Below, one piece after another: positions 14,297 through 27,000 of a stretch of 64,000 bases of DNA (the first letter of the stretch is position 1; every line of letters begins with the position of its first letter). The translations under genes and the position numbers were made by a program. The DNA lies in assembly GCA_964035545.1 (NCBI GenBank), contig OZ037765.1:10302698-10366697 (forward strand), read 5' to 3'. The notes beneath the pieces are model-generated. The model did not search any database and was not told where the DNA came from. It saw only the letters and a program-made list of their open reading frames with translations. The stretch comes from Bugula neritina. Lineage: Eukaryota; Animalia; Bryozoa.

Positions 14297-14968
14297 TCAT
14301 ATTCTACGTAAATATGTTAGTGGACATTGTAATCGTATGGCAGCTCCGGTCTGAATGTGATTCGTTTCTATGGTAACCATCCCTGAATCATTTCCTGCAC
14401 TACTCTGTAATACGACCTAGAATTAAAAGAAAAATTTCAGTATATCTGCAAATTGAAGGTTACACCACGAATGCGAGAAAGTTGCAAATTTGGTTTGGAG
14501 GAGTTGTCTTTTCATATGCATAAACAATTATAACATTGAAACCAGGATGTCCTCCCACTCATACTTCATTCAAATAAAGTAGGTTAGACATGTTTCAGTT
14601 ATAATATAAATAAAATGAAATATTTAGTTTATTTTTATATCTATACTCAAAAATATATTCTTGATTATTAGAATATTTTTTTTCTAAAACTCAAGATATA
14701 TATTACGCTCTCATTTAATGCTCAGCAATGACATTAAATGATTGAGCACTCTCACCATGGTCACAAACTCAAGCTGCTAGCATTTAGCAATGCTCGTGAC
14801 TCCTAGGTGACCCCTAGAGTCACTTGAGCACTCTGGCTTGGGTTTACACACCTTTTAAATATGCTTTAGTAAAACTATAAGTTTCTACTATTGCGAAGGT
14901 GTGGGCCATGGTACTCTGTTCTGTGCTGATGAGGGGACAAATCCCGAAACAACTGCTGTCCACAGGTT

Positions 14969-15055
<87 letters not shown>

Positions 15056-18000
15056 TGAGTTTTACTTTTAAGATTATTATTATTATATACGAAAACTAAA
15101 CCGAAGAAAGTTTAAAATGTTAGCAGATTACAAATTAAATATATGACTTTGCACATTTAAAATGAAACAAAACCGGCTACTATAACAATCGAACTAATGT
15201 TTTCTGCCCATTTACCATGAACTGCTGTCATTTTAGAGCAAAAGTAACTTTAATTTGTGTTTCATTATACTTGAGAGCAAACTAGGCATCACTTAATACT
15301 AGTTGATTATAACAATGACTATGAAAATTGCATATGTTTTATGAACAAATTATTCCAACATATGTTCTTAGTAGAATAAATAAGTCAAGATTCTACCATG
15401 ACAATACCGTACCTGGTCTCTGAGAATGTGCACAACGTGTCCATCTATAGCGTGTTGAAATGGCCGATTGACTTGCATGATCAACTGCCCAGCTTTAACT
15501 AGCAATAAATACTTGGATGGAGCGTATCCAACCTGACCTTTGAACTCAACTAAACACCAGCCAGAGGATCCTGGCTGTCTTATAGTCACCAGGTCACCTG
15601 CTCTACAACATGACAAAGTTGTTGGGACACCATGTTACTACACTACCTAGCTACAGGTTGACTGCACCAGTTGCAAGTTCTACAACATGGTAGATTAATT
15701 TGTAAGTCGTCTTCTTTTTGGAATAAATTACTAGTTAGTATCCCATTAATCATCATATGCATGCTGTCTCAATTTTCAACCAATTCCTTTTTCAATACAC
15801 ATGTTTACAAAATTGTTTATAAAATTGATGCACAATTTTACTGTGTATTCATTCTTATATTATGTTTATGGCCCCCAATTTCTCCTACTGCCTTATAATT
15901 ATTACGATACACTACAGTAAATTATTGGTGTTTTTAAAAACCATTTTGTAGCATCTGCCTTCATTAGCTCAGCTCAGGCAACACATTACATGCTATGCTT
16001 TTGGAATAAGATGCTAGTATCAGTTCACCTATTTCCAATAGATGTTTGCTCTAAAAAATCTAAATACTATGACCTATGACCTATCATACTGTAACCTATG
16101 ACCTATCTTACTGTAAATTAACCTATCTTACTATAACCTAAATAACCTATCTTACAATGACCTATTTTACTATAACCCAATTGAATAACACTCAAGTATG
16201 AGTTATGGTGCTTCATACCTGAGAGACAAGTCATCCTGCTTCTGCTTATGGAAGTCATACAGAATAACGTACTGCTCTTTTCTCTCGTTGCTCCTTCTTT
16301 CCTATTTAGGAATATAATACTAATTTCTTAGTAAGTTTTAAATACTCATAATTATGAATGAAGGCTTTTGTGTTGTCATCACATCATTTTTTTTATTATT
16401 TATTTCTATTATCTAACAAGAATTGAACTATAAAATCAAATTCAAGATGTCAAAGCCAGTCAAATCATCATCCTGGCAATGTTAAAATGAAGCTAGCTGA
16501 ATTCACTTTTCAATAATGCTTCTTGTGTTTAATTGCATGTTAAAGATACATGATATATCATGTTTTCAAACTACTTTGTGATACTTTTTTTAAGATGCAA
16601 TACCTGACAGCTATCATCTGTGTCAGCTGATCTACTTCTCCCATGTTGAAAAAATTCTTGTCTGCGCCGTGCAAGATTACCGCCTGTGGCGGAATCTCCT
16701 AAAGAAAACAGTCAGGAATCCTTGCATGTAAATTTTATTCACTTTCAACGTTTAATATCTTTACAAGAATTAAATTGACTTTAAATATTTTTATTCTAGT
16801 GAAACGGCACCAGGAAATCAAACAATTCTATTTACAATGAGTTATAATTGCGACTAAAAGCTGATTGAATATTAAACTTTTTAGCTGAAATGGTAAAAAT
16901 ATTTTTATGTAGTTTATAATAAAAAGCAATTGTTAAGATTGCATGCTGAAGTTTTTTTTTAACATGAGCACAAAGCATAACTGATGCTACAGTATGGCTA
17001 ATGAAATTTATAATGTGCAGCATAATGCAACTTGAAACAATAAACGTTATCAACACTGCAATCAGAATATTTAGAAGTTCAAATCATGACATGATGAATT
17101 CAATGCTAGTTTGGAATAATATAAGTGCACTTTTCCATGATATGACAGAATTTTTGTTTATAACTATCAATTTTGCATGGAAACTTTAAGGTGAACAAAA
17201 ATTATTGTTGCTGTACAGCTAATTTAATTCTATAAAATAATATCTACTGTATATATATATGATTTACATGATGTAATATCTATAATGTAAAAGACAGTTT
17301 TACAACAGAGAATTCACCTGTTGCTACAAGCTCTGAACTGTCTTGCACATCATACGAATGACTTTTCATAGCTCTAGTCAACCTAGGTTTGTTTGTATGA
17401 GATTTACAACCTAAGGTAGGGTTGCCTGAAAGGGAAATGATTGAGAACATGCGTGGGACTATATTGCTATGGTTAGTCATTATATATATTATATTATGTG
17501 TTAGTGCATTGAGAATTGGAAAGTTAGTTGGTGAAACATGCAGAGGAAATTCACAACACACAGAGTTTATGCAAAACATTCATTAATACAAATTTGAATA
17601 CTCTACTCACATGCAGTGACTGACCAATGGAATAGTTTATCATTACAAAATAACATTAATTTTACAACCTCGTTGGTTAAGTTGATGACTCGGTTTGACC
17701 GCAACTTGCTCCTGAAAGGACACAGTGTCTATTGAACTATCAGAAATGGACAGCTCCATGCCAAACTTTGCCAGAGTACTTTTACGTAAAGCAGTTGCTG
17801 GACTTTCTGGTCTGATGTTCACAGTTTTAGCTCTTTGTGATTTGGACTTGTATTTTCTCCTCGACGTATCAGAAATATTGTTTTCCGGACTCAATTGCTG
17901 GCTCGCTGAAAAGGTTTGCGTCGAGTGTCTATGTCCTTCTCTATTTAGCGCAGTACCTTCTGACCTGGATTTGTGATTGCTAGGGGGTCGGCCACTCATA

Positions 18001-21000
18001 TCCTGTTTACTCAACTTATTTGGGTTAGAAAGTGGCTGTGAATGAGAGGATGTATATTTTTTCATATGTTTTACTTTGGTTCCCGACTCAAGTTCTACAA
18101 GTTTATTTGTACACAGAAATAAAATACAACAAATAAGCAAAAGCTGAAAATTACTCTGTAGTATTGAACAAAATTGTATATTACATATATATGTACATAT
18201 AACATAAATCTACTAATAAAGTTATGACTATCGAGAAGGTTACAGATATATAATGCTCCAGCATTAACTAATATTTTCTCTCTTTTCACAAAACTTATAT
18301 TTCAACACTTCATGCTATTTAAAGCTCAAGAAAGCAAACAGGTGCATAAGGATATTTGTAAAGGAATGACAATGCCAAAAATGTACAATTATTACTCATT
18401 ATAAGATGCAAGAAGTAAGAAAAATGCCTGAGCTACGTGCATAAAATGTAATGATTAAAAAACATAAACATTATGATACACAGAAAATTCAAACAAAACC
18501 ATCATATTGCAGATATGCAATATGCAAAAAGTTTAATATATTACTTAATGCCTGTAAATGTATACCTTGCCCACAGTAAGCTGACAAAATGTTCTTATAT
18601 CAATCTTTCTAATTTACAACTAGCAACTAAAGAGAGTAAGTGTGTTAGATAAAGATTAATTTCGATAAATTATAGTTATTGTAGAAATAATTTAAGGAGT
18701 TCATACTATATTATGCTTGGTTACCCTTAGCTGATGATAACTTAATACCTCAGTATTTTTATTACAGCTTTTCTGCAGCAAAGTATTTCGTAAACCTTAT
18801 GAGTGAAGACAGAAAAATCTTAAAATCGATCTTGAAGTTTTGACACGATTTTTACATAATAATTATTATATTATGGGTTTTGTACGTTATGCAGAATGTT
18901 AAAAGTTTGTAAGATAAAATAAAAAATATTTTTATTTTTTTCGTTTTTTACTTTTATATCGTAGCAAATGTTGTTTACAATAGTCTTGGAGCACATCTGG
19001 ATGTTTACAAGGACAAGAGGCTACAGTGCAAGTGAGTTGATATGTCATGGATCTTTCACTATGCAGTGAGGTAGAGTGATATGATTGCTCATATTCTGCA
19101 AAACAACAAAAAATAGCAGCACTGGTTACTAATGCATGCAGGGCTTAGATGAAATATCTATATAATATGCAATAAGCTATTGCCTCATTCAATTAATGTA
19201 ATATTTTATTTCTATAATTTGTTTTTAAAACTAGCTTCGCTGTTGCAAAGCTTATGGCAAAACTTGGATTTTGTTTTAAAAAAATTATGTCGTATTCATA
19301 GCTTTCTACCTTTTTGTTATAATTAAGGCATTATATATATATTGAAAAATACAATAATGACCGTATTTTGTCTATTTGTCTTATTAGGAAAACTAATTCG
19401 AGGAATAATTTTTCAATACTACGTAGCCAAGTTGTTTTTTAGAAATTGATGTAGCAGACTTCGTTTGTATGCAAATTATAATTCAATGGTAAAATTTATA
19501 GTAAATATGTAAATTTGTCCTTGTTCGAAAATAAATGCGTGCATTAGTGTTGAGTGTTTGCAATATTTTATATTTATTGTAGTAAATGTTTTGCTAAAGT
19601 ATGCAAAATGAAAAGTATGATGCCTTCTGTTTCTGTTGCAGATCTAGACTATACAGAATATTAAACCGACACTCCAGCAGTTTTGGTAAATACATAATCT
19701 ATTCACTATATGGACTTTGCTAATACTTGTTATAATGCTAGTTGTAAGGAAATTACTCGCCATAAAAACAGCAACAAAATAGCATAGTTCCAACAAAAAT
19801 ATAGTAAAAATTAACTAATCTTTGAACCACTCAATCAGTAAATAATAGAGCATCATTACATAACAGAAAACAGCAGCAATCAAAATAAAAGAAGAATTGT
19901 CTCAACACACTATAAAACTCATTGGATTCATTGATTCATTGCAAACATTTTATAATAAACTATAGTGGTGGTAATATTTAATGGAGGTTGTAGTTTAGTA
20001 GAAGCTGTACAACACTCATATTATGGTGGCTTTACAGAGGTGCTGAATGAAAAGGGGGTTGACAACGAGGAAGAAATGAAAGCGACAACTTCAAAGTAGA
20101 AATTATAAACATTAAAAAATCGAAACACCTTCTAAGAATAATATTTGGATTGGAGTATAAATTGCTTACAGAAGTTTGAGCCATTCATGCATCTCATAAC
20201 TATAATAACATTTTACAGTCAAAGACCCATCTTTCTGGCAGGAATTAGTTTATTAGATTATGGAGTTATCTTTTCAATTTAACTCAAAAGTCAATATCTA
20301 ATTTATATACATCGGACCAATGAACTAAAACTTCCACTTATAGTTTTCAATGCATCAGACTATAAAGGGATGTAAAGTCTCAAAACTGAATGTATAATTT
20401 TACTTTAAAACTGAGTCATTAGTTTTACCTTGACATGGGCTAGATGACCTTGACTTGTTGTTGTTGTCAAGGCTAGTTGTGATGCTCTGCTTACTCCTCA
20501 CTCCTTCAGATTCCAATGCACTGTTTTTCCTAATAGTTGCTGCACACCGAAGTAATGCATACACAGGATCTGTGTTACCTGCAAGAGATAGCAACTCCAA
20601 CTTCATAATAAAGCCGATTGCTCAGAAAATTTGCCTACAAGTTATATGGCTTTTAATGTTAACTTTACACATGAAATATAATTATTTTACAAATGAAAAT
20701 GGAAATAAAGTCTCTAATTGCAATTGACTATGAAGTTAAATGAGGGTATTTCCTTAACAAATAACAAAACGGGATTATTCAAAAGTAGCTTGGGACAATT
20801 TTAATTTATTTCCTATATAGTTTAACTCTGATGTAGTCAAACAACATTGTCTTCAAATCTCAAGGGAACCTATGTAGTTTTTTCATTATTTAAATAATTA
20901 ATTTGTTGATATGATACATAAGCAAGATGGCTTAAAAGTTAAACTGTACAATGTGTTACTAAATAAGCTATCCAACTTTGAATAAGCAATATCTCTACCT

Positions 21001-24000
21001 TCACTGCTTTCAAGGGCTGACGATTCATTATACTGACTCTCAGAGCTAATATTTTGTGTGGAATTCTCCTACAAATAAAAGTTTTTCACATTTAAATAGA
21101 AAAATAATTATACCAAATTATTTTCTTCAAAGCCTTAAATTTTGTGACACATTTAAAATTTTCTTTTTGTACAATAATGTTTAACAATGTGGAAGTTTTG
21201 CATCTGCCCACAAAATATAACATGATCTGTTGCAGTCGATCAAACTCAAAATGTTGCTACAGGGCAGCTGTTGCAAATGGGTGTACTTGCAATTATAATC
21301 ATTGCTATTGTGTAGAGTGAAGATGTTAGCTGGAGCAAGCATATACTCAGCTTAGACTAGTTTACAGACGTCAATGAATGAAGTACAGTTGTAACTGTGA
21401 ATATTCAAACTTACAGAAGTTGGTAAACTGCCATTCAAAGATGAGTTTTTAGCTTTTGCAGCTTTAAAAGCAAATCTTTTCCACATTGCTTTAATAGATT
21501 TACCACCACCATTGCTACTAGCTGCCCCAGATTTGATTTCTGTTCCTTCTTCTCCAGCAACTTTACTCGAGAATGTTAAAGAATTTTCCTAGAAGTAAAA
21601 ACAATGTGAGACAGTCACACTAAACAAATCTTTAAATCTGAACTGTTGAAAAGGTATTATAAACATTAGTTCTTTTGTTAATTAAATATGTTATTTTATT
21701 GTTCTTTCATGTATTTGCAAATGTAGACTTCATAGCACAATTGATGTTTAGATAGTAATAAGTTAATCATATGATATATCTTCCAACTCAATCACGTCAA
21801 ACTTTTTACTTTTCTTGAAACTTCTCCTTATTTTTGAATATGTCTCACCCACTTTTCAAAACATAGCAAATGGTGAAAAATGGCTTTAGAGCTGTCTTTT
21901 CTAAACTTGCCTAAAATGTCACTCTAACTTAAATTTAGTAGGTACAAGACAATAAATGTTATTTTAATTCTAAACAGGCCTAAAAATAATTACCGTCTAA
22001 AGTATAAAAAGCTGATGCATCTATATATACATTTCCTGTTTTGCTGCAAGGCTATAGTGAGCATATTCTATGCCATTATTGGAGAAATCTACGTCACTGA
22101 CAATTTGATATAAGCTCGCAAACCTCTATCAAACAGCAATACAAAGTTATACAAAGCACATTAGAACAGTGATAATATTAATCTATTTATATTTCTATCA
22201 TTAAATATCAGTCTCTATAGCAGTTTTAGATCACTCACGCGTTGCTAATAAAACTAGAGAAAGAACTGAGAAATAATGCTGCAGAAAATTAGCGGATAAA
22301 GGCACATTATTATAGAATTAGTATGATGATTATCTTATAATGAGCTAGTGAAGCAAACTAACATCTTTTGATGAATGGAAATTCATAGTATTTTCTGATA
22401 CATCTTTGCAATGCATTTAGTGAAAAAATGACTAGTGGATTTCAGAATAAGTTTCACATGTAGTGTAGAATTGTAAAGTGTTTACAATAAAGTAATATAG
22501 TGAGTAGTAGACAGGTGTTGAGCCTAGCATTCACTGAACTATATTTATATTCTTATTGACACATTGAGCCTAATAAATACATAAATTAGCTGTCTTACAG
22601 CAAAAAATTTCAGTAATTATTATTGGCAGAGTAATTAAGCAATTAGTGCTACTTTGATAAGTCTGGAATTGTAGATGTGCTAATAGGCAGCCAACTGGAG
22701 TTTAACCTTAAGTTGCTCAACTTGAATCCATATATTTTTGTATTGTGAATCACAAGGGTACGAGTCCAATTAGTTCATGCAGCCCATGGGACAATTAAAA
22801 ATAAAGTTCATATAGAGAAATTACGGCACTGCTATATTTACTATATTAGCTTTAGTTAGAATTCAAACGCTGCAAATAACTGTTAGGCATTCAGTATTTT
22901 CTAAATATCTCTAACTTTCACATACCTTACCAAGTTGATTAAATATAGATTTGGTTACAAATTAATATATTATTGCAGTTAAGTTTTGAATTTCTGTGTT
23001 GGATAAATTGTTATTTTCAAAAGGGTTCAAAGCTTGAAGAAAAGAAAATAAGAGTACCATATATTTTGAAATGTTTTGAAAACATAAAGCTATAGGCGAC
23101 CTAGAATGGGGAAGAGTAGGTAATTGCTAAAAGTTGGGGTTTTCTTTCTCTACAGTTTTTAAGCAACAATTCAGACTGATACTTCAGATTAAAATGTCAA
23201 ATAATTGCAAGTTGTTTAAGTGATTGCAGAGCCAATAGTTAGTAAAGCAAATGAAAAAAATTAGAAATCAATGGTGCTTTATACATTGAATCATTTTGTG
23301 CAAGAATTTTATATGCTGTTAATTTACGAATGCTCTTTGTGCATCTTCAACTTTAACCAACCAAGTGCAATTAATAATAGAACTTATTGAACTGCAGGAC
23401 ACAAAACTCTAAAACCAGTGTATGTATGCAATGTTGACAACTGATAATAAACAACTTTTACAACTTAATATAAATATTTTATGCATAAAATATATTAATG
23501 GACGAAGCTATGAAAGTTACTTACCTGACTTCTATATACTGCAAGAGTTAATGCTAACAAACTTAATTCATTTCCTCTCTTACATTTCTCAAGTTTCAAC
23601 TGATACAACTGGGTGCTGCTCTCGTCCTCCTGCATTCTATGGAATTTGAAAACATACGTTGAAGGTAAACTTATATAAACATGCATAGCTGCAGCTCTTT
23701 TCACCTACCCGTAACTTATTTGATGGCTTTCTAGTTAGTTTAGACGATCCTTTTCTTTCCATTGTTGCTGTCATATATATCCAAAATAGGCTATTCTCAG
23801 TTGCCTATAGCAAGGATATGCAATGCTGTTAGCCGCAGTACTTAAGTCTATCTAGCTATCACTATTACTACCCTTGATAGATATATATACACAATCTATC
23901 ACCAGCCTTTCTGCCTTCATATAGCACATTAGCACGTAATCACTAACCGATATTAACCAATTAGAAGCATGGTAGAAGAAGTTCAATACTGGATATCGAT

Positions 24001-27000
24001 AGTTATAATTTTACTTTAATGTAGGCAATAAGCATATTCCATGGAAGTGATAATTTATCCATTGCACAAAGGATATATGATGAGCAACCAACTTGCTCAG
24101 CTACAACTCTAATTTTTCAAGTAAGAGTTAGTATGAGTTTTGGTGAAAAGTCTGTAATATATCATGTCAATATTCAAATACATGCACACACCATCCTTCA
24201 TATCTACATCTTATGTTTTGCAAACTAGTTTTCCTGCTTATAAGCTGCTTTTTGTTGGAAGTAGAAATAGCAAGAAACTAAATGTTTATATTATTGCAAC
24301 TCTAGAGCACTTCGCAACACATATAGTAATTGATATTTGGTACAAGGCCAGCATTTTATTTACATTAGTTTATTTATTTTATTTATATTTTATATAGTTG
24401 CATGAATAAGTCTATGCTGATACATCACTCATAAATTTGCAAAACAATAATTTTTTAATTATAAATTTATCAACATAGGTGTTGAAGAATGCGGAGGTAT
24501 GAAGTCTAAAAAAACGTTTTTTTTTAAATCTCACCGGAGTAATAATAAATAAAAGTGGAAGTATATCACATATACATCATAAGATTGCTATAGAGTATAG
24601 ACTCTCTTGGTTTGAGGACTTTAGATTTGTAGTTTTGTTAGAACAAGCTGCTAGTGGAAACCTATTAATTGACACACTTTTGAATTCTTCTGAATACTTA
24701 GTAATACTCAGTGAGTTGCAAATTACTTTATCTTATCAATTATAAAGGTCTACTCCTTTAAAAATACATAAATGTAAAATGTAAATTTGATAAAAAAAGG
24801 AAGCTTCCTAGCCTTATATTATTTTATCTAATTTTAAAGTACTTTTATCTAACTTTAATAAAACATCTGTCATTTCTATAATCTTTCAAATCATGCGCTT
24901 GCATTTTAGGTCTATCCAGGTTAAGGTAATATAATAATGATGGTGCTACAATATATAGTAGGCATATTAAAGGTGTAATGAAATTAACCTAGAAATGTAA
25001 CAACTAGAGTTAATTATGATAGGCGGTGTGTATGTATATATAACAGTTGTTATATAATTACACCTTTCATTTCCTATATAACTTCACAGTACTGATCATA
25101 AAGTCCATTTAGCTTACACAAATGCAATTTGGAGCGTAGCATTATATCTCTACCAACAACTAGATGTGAATTTGAGCACGTGCAACTACCTGGTATTCTG
25201 CCTGCTTGAAAAGCGCTATTTTCAGCAACATTTTTACAAGTTTAAGTTGCAGACATAGTTTTTTAAGTTAGGGAATTTTACTACCAGCTGCAGCTTAGTT
25301 CAGTATGTGCTAAGAGAAAGTATTGCTAGTTCTACTGCTAAATAAAGTGAAAATACATTCAAGTTCCTCCAATGGGCTGCAAATAGCAGCAAAACTGGGC
25401 CTATAACTCGAGTTGAAAAACCTCTCTTATAACTTATTTGCTTTGGTTATACTACTTTTAAATACCAAAGCTGTCTTGCATGAATCTTGTCCGTAGAAGT
25501 TACAATTAGTACAAAGCATCATCAGTCTGGTAGTAGTAGTACCTGTCAATGCCAACTTCCTGGCAAATCACGGCAGGGTACAGTCCATAGCATATTATTT
25601 ATTTCCAATATTACACTGCCTCAAGTTATACTGAAGTGTACTCAAACCCATCTTAAAGGTTGATAAAATCCTATTGTAAATAATTATAGTCCATTGGCAT
25701 CGGAAACTCAAGGCTAAACATAGTTGCAGTGATGTTGTAAATTTACCGCAACGATCCACGCCAATGCCAAGATAACATACGTCAGCTTTAACATAGATTC
25801 TTTGTAAAAGTATAACAGTTGTACACTACTTATATATCTTAAGATTTTATGCACATGCACATGCATGCAACAGCACGCAGTCATTCTTCTACTTACAGCT
25901 TACAAATTTACATCTATATTATTTGAATAGTTTGTTTTACTACAAACTGAAACACTTTTTATATGTTTTGATGTACGTTTACGCTCTGCACCATTGCTAA
26001 AATTACATTTACAAACATTAAAAAATATTTCATAAGTTGCATACTCTTTCTATAACATTTTTTCAACAATTAAATAACATTAAAGTTAAATAACATTAAA
26101 GTTTCAACAATTTTGTTATTAAATATAGGGTATAGCACAAAAATTTACCTATACAAATATTTATGCAAATGTGCATAATATGTATGCTATTATTGTGATC
26201 TTAGATAAAAATCTGTATACGCGGCCTTTGTGTAAGGTTACATTTATCTCACATTTGAGTAGTTGCAAGTTAGTGTACTGCACAGCGTGTAAAACACACA
26301 TGCTATGTGGCTCTGTGGTGATAAATATGCAATCATGTGCCTTTAAGTTGCGTATTTGCTTTTACCAGCATTCGCTTTAAAAAGAATATAAAAGTAAGTA
26401 CTCAGCTTAGAAGTTTTTGCACAACCCCAGGCATTCTGCACAATACTGAACTAATGCCTGGAATCAAGCCATCTGTTACATGAGTGCGGGTATATATATT
26501 ATTCAAGCTGTACATATGAGTCCTTTCACATTTGGGTAAAAGAGAGAGTACAAGATGCTGACTTTGATACCATAATATCGATAATACAGAGTATAATATC
26601 GATAATACAGAGTATAATATCGATAATACAGAGTATAATATCGATAATATAGAGTATAGTATTGATAATACAGAGTACAAAATATAGAGCTTTAACAAAA
26701 CTCATTAACACTTGTTAGTTGCTAGAAGGTGATAAAATTACTTCATTGACTATACATAGCATTGCCAGTTTACTCAAACAGCTGTTTGAATGCGTCACAC
26801 AAGGTGCCTGGGGACAAAACACATTTATGTACTATAAACGTGCATTTTAGGATTCTTCCCAGCAACAGGCACCATATATAATTCAGTATCTTAATACTGC
26901 AACAGCCTAATTAATAAAACTATATATTTTTATTCATTATAAAACTATACACATTAGTTTGCATTTCAACAATGAGCTCTCTATCGCAGCTGTAGGTTTT

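Larger units (their letters stand above)
14685..15064 (+). mobile_element. Hammerhead-bearing retrozyme/Penelope-like unit bounded by 19-bp inverted repeats
   Basis: TAAAACTCAAGATATATAT (14685-14703) / ATATATATCTTGAGTTTTA (15046-15064); internal hairpins; hammerhead at 14921-14965; (TA)n. Confidence 0.6.

Noticed and set aside
18952-19095. Open phase 1-1 segment (EYEQSYH...[10 protein letters not shown]...) as an extra STAC-like exon or C1 substitute
   Set aside because: Good acceptor but weak donor (GTAAAA); Cys/His spacing is not C1; it lies after, not before, DPVY; not needed for frame. Left out pending RNA data.
20030-20085. Long polypyrimidine tract + AG on the minus strand followed by 7 nt and GTAAAG
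   Set aside because: Not frame-preserving (or gives an immediate stop); cannot be supported without transcripts.
21170-21340. Cys-containing intronic frames (TPICNSC...) as a decayed C1 exon
   Set aside because: No consistent C1 spacing or splice sites; could be chance.
26572-26676. Tandem 21-bp (and 22-bp at 39809-39961) repeats as CRISPR-like arrays
   Set aside because: No unique spacers, eukaryotic intron context and no cas genes; ordinary minisatellites.
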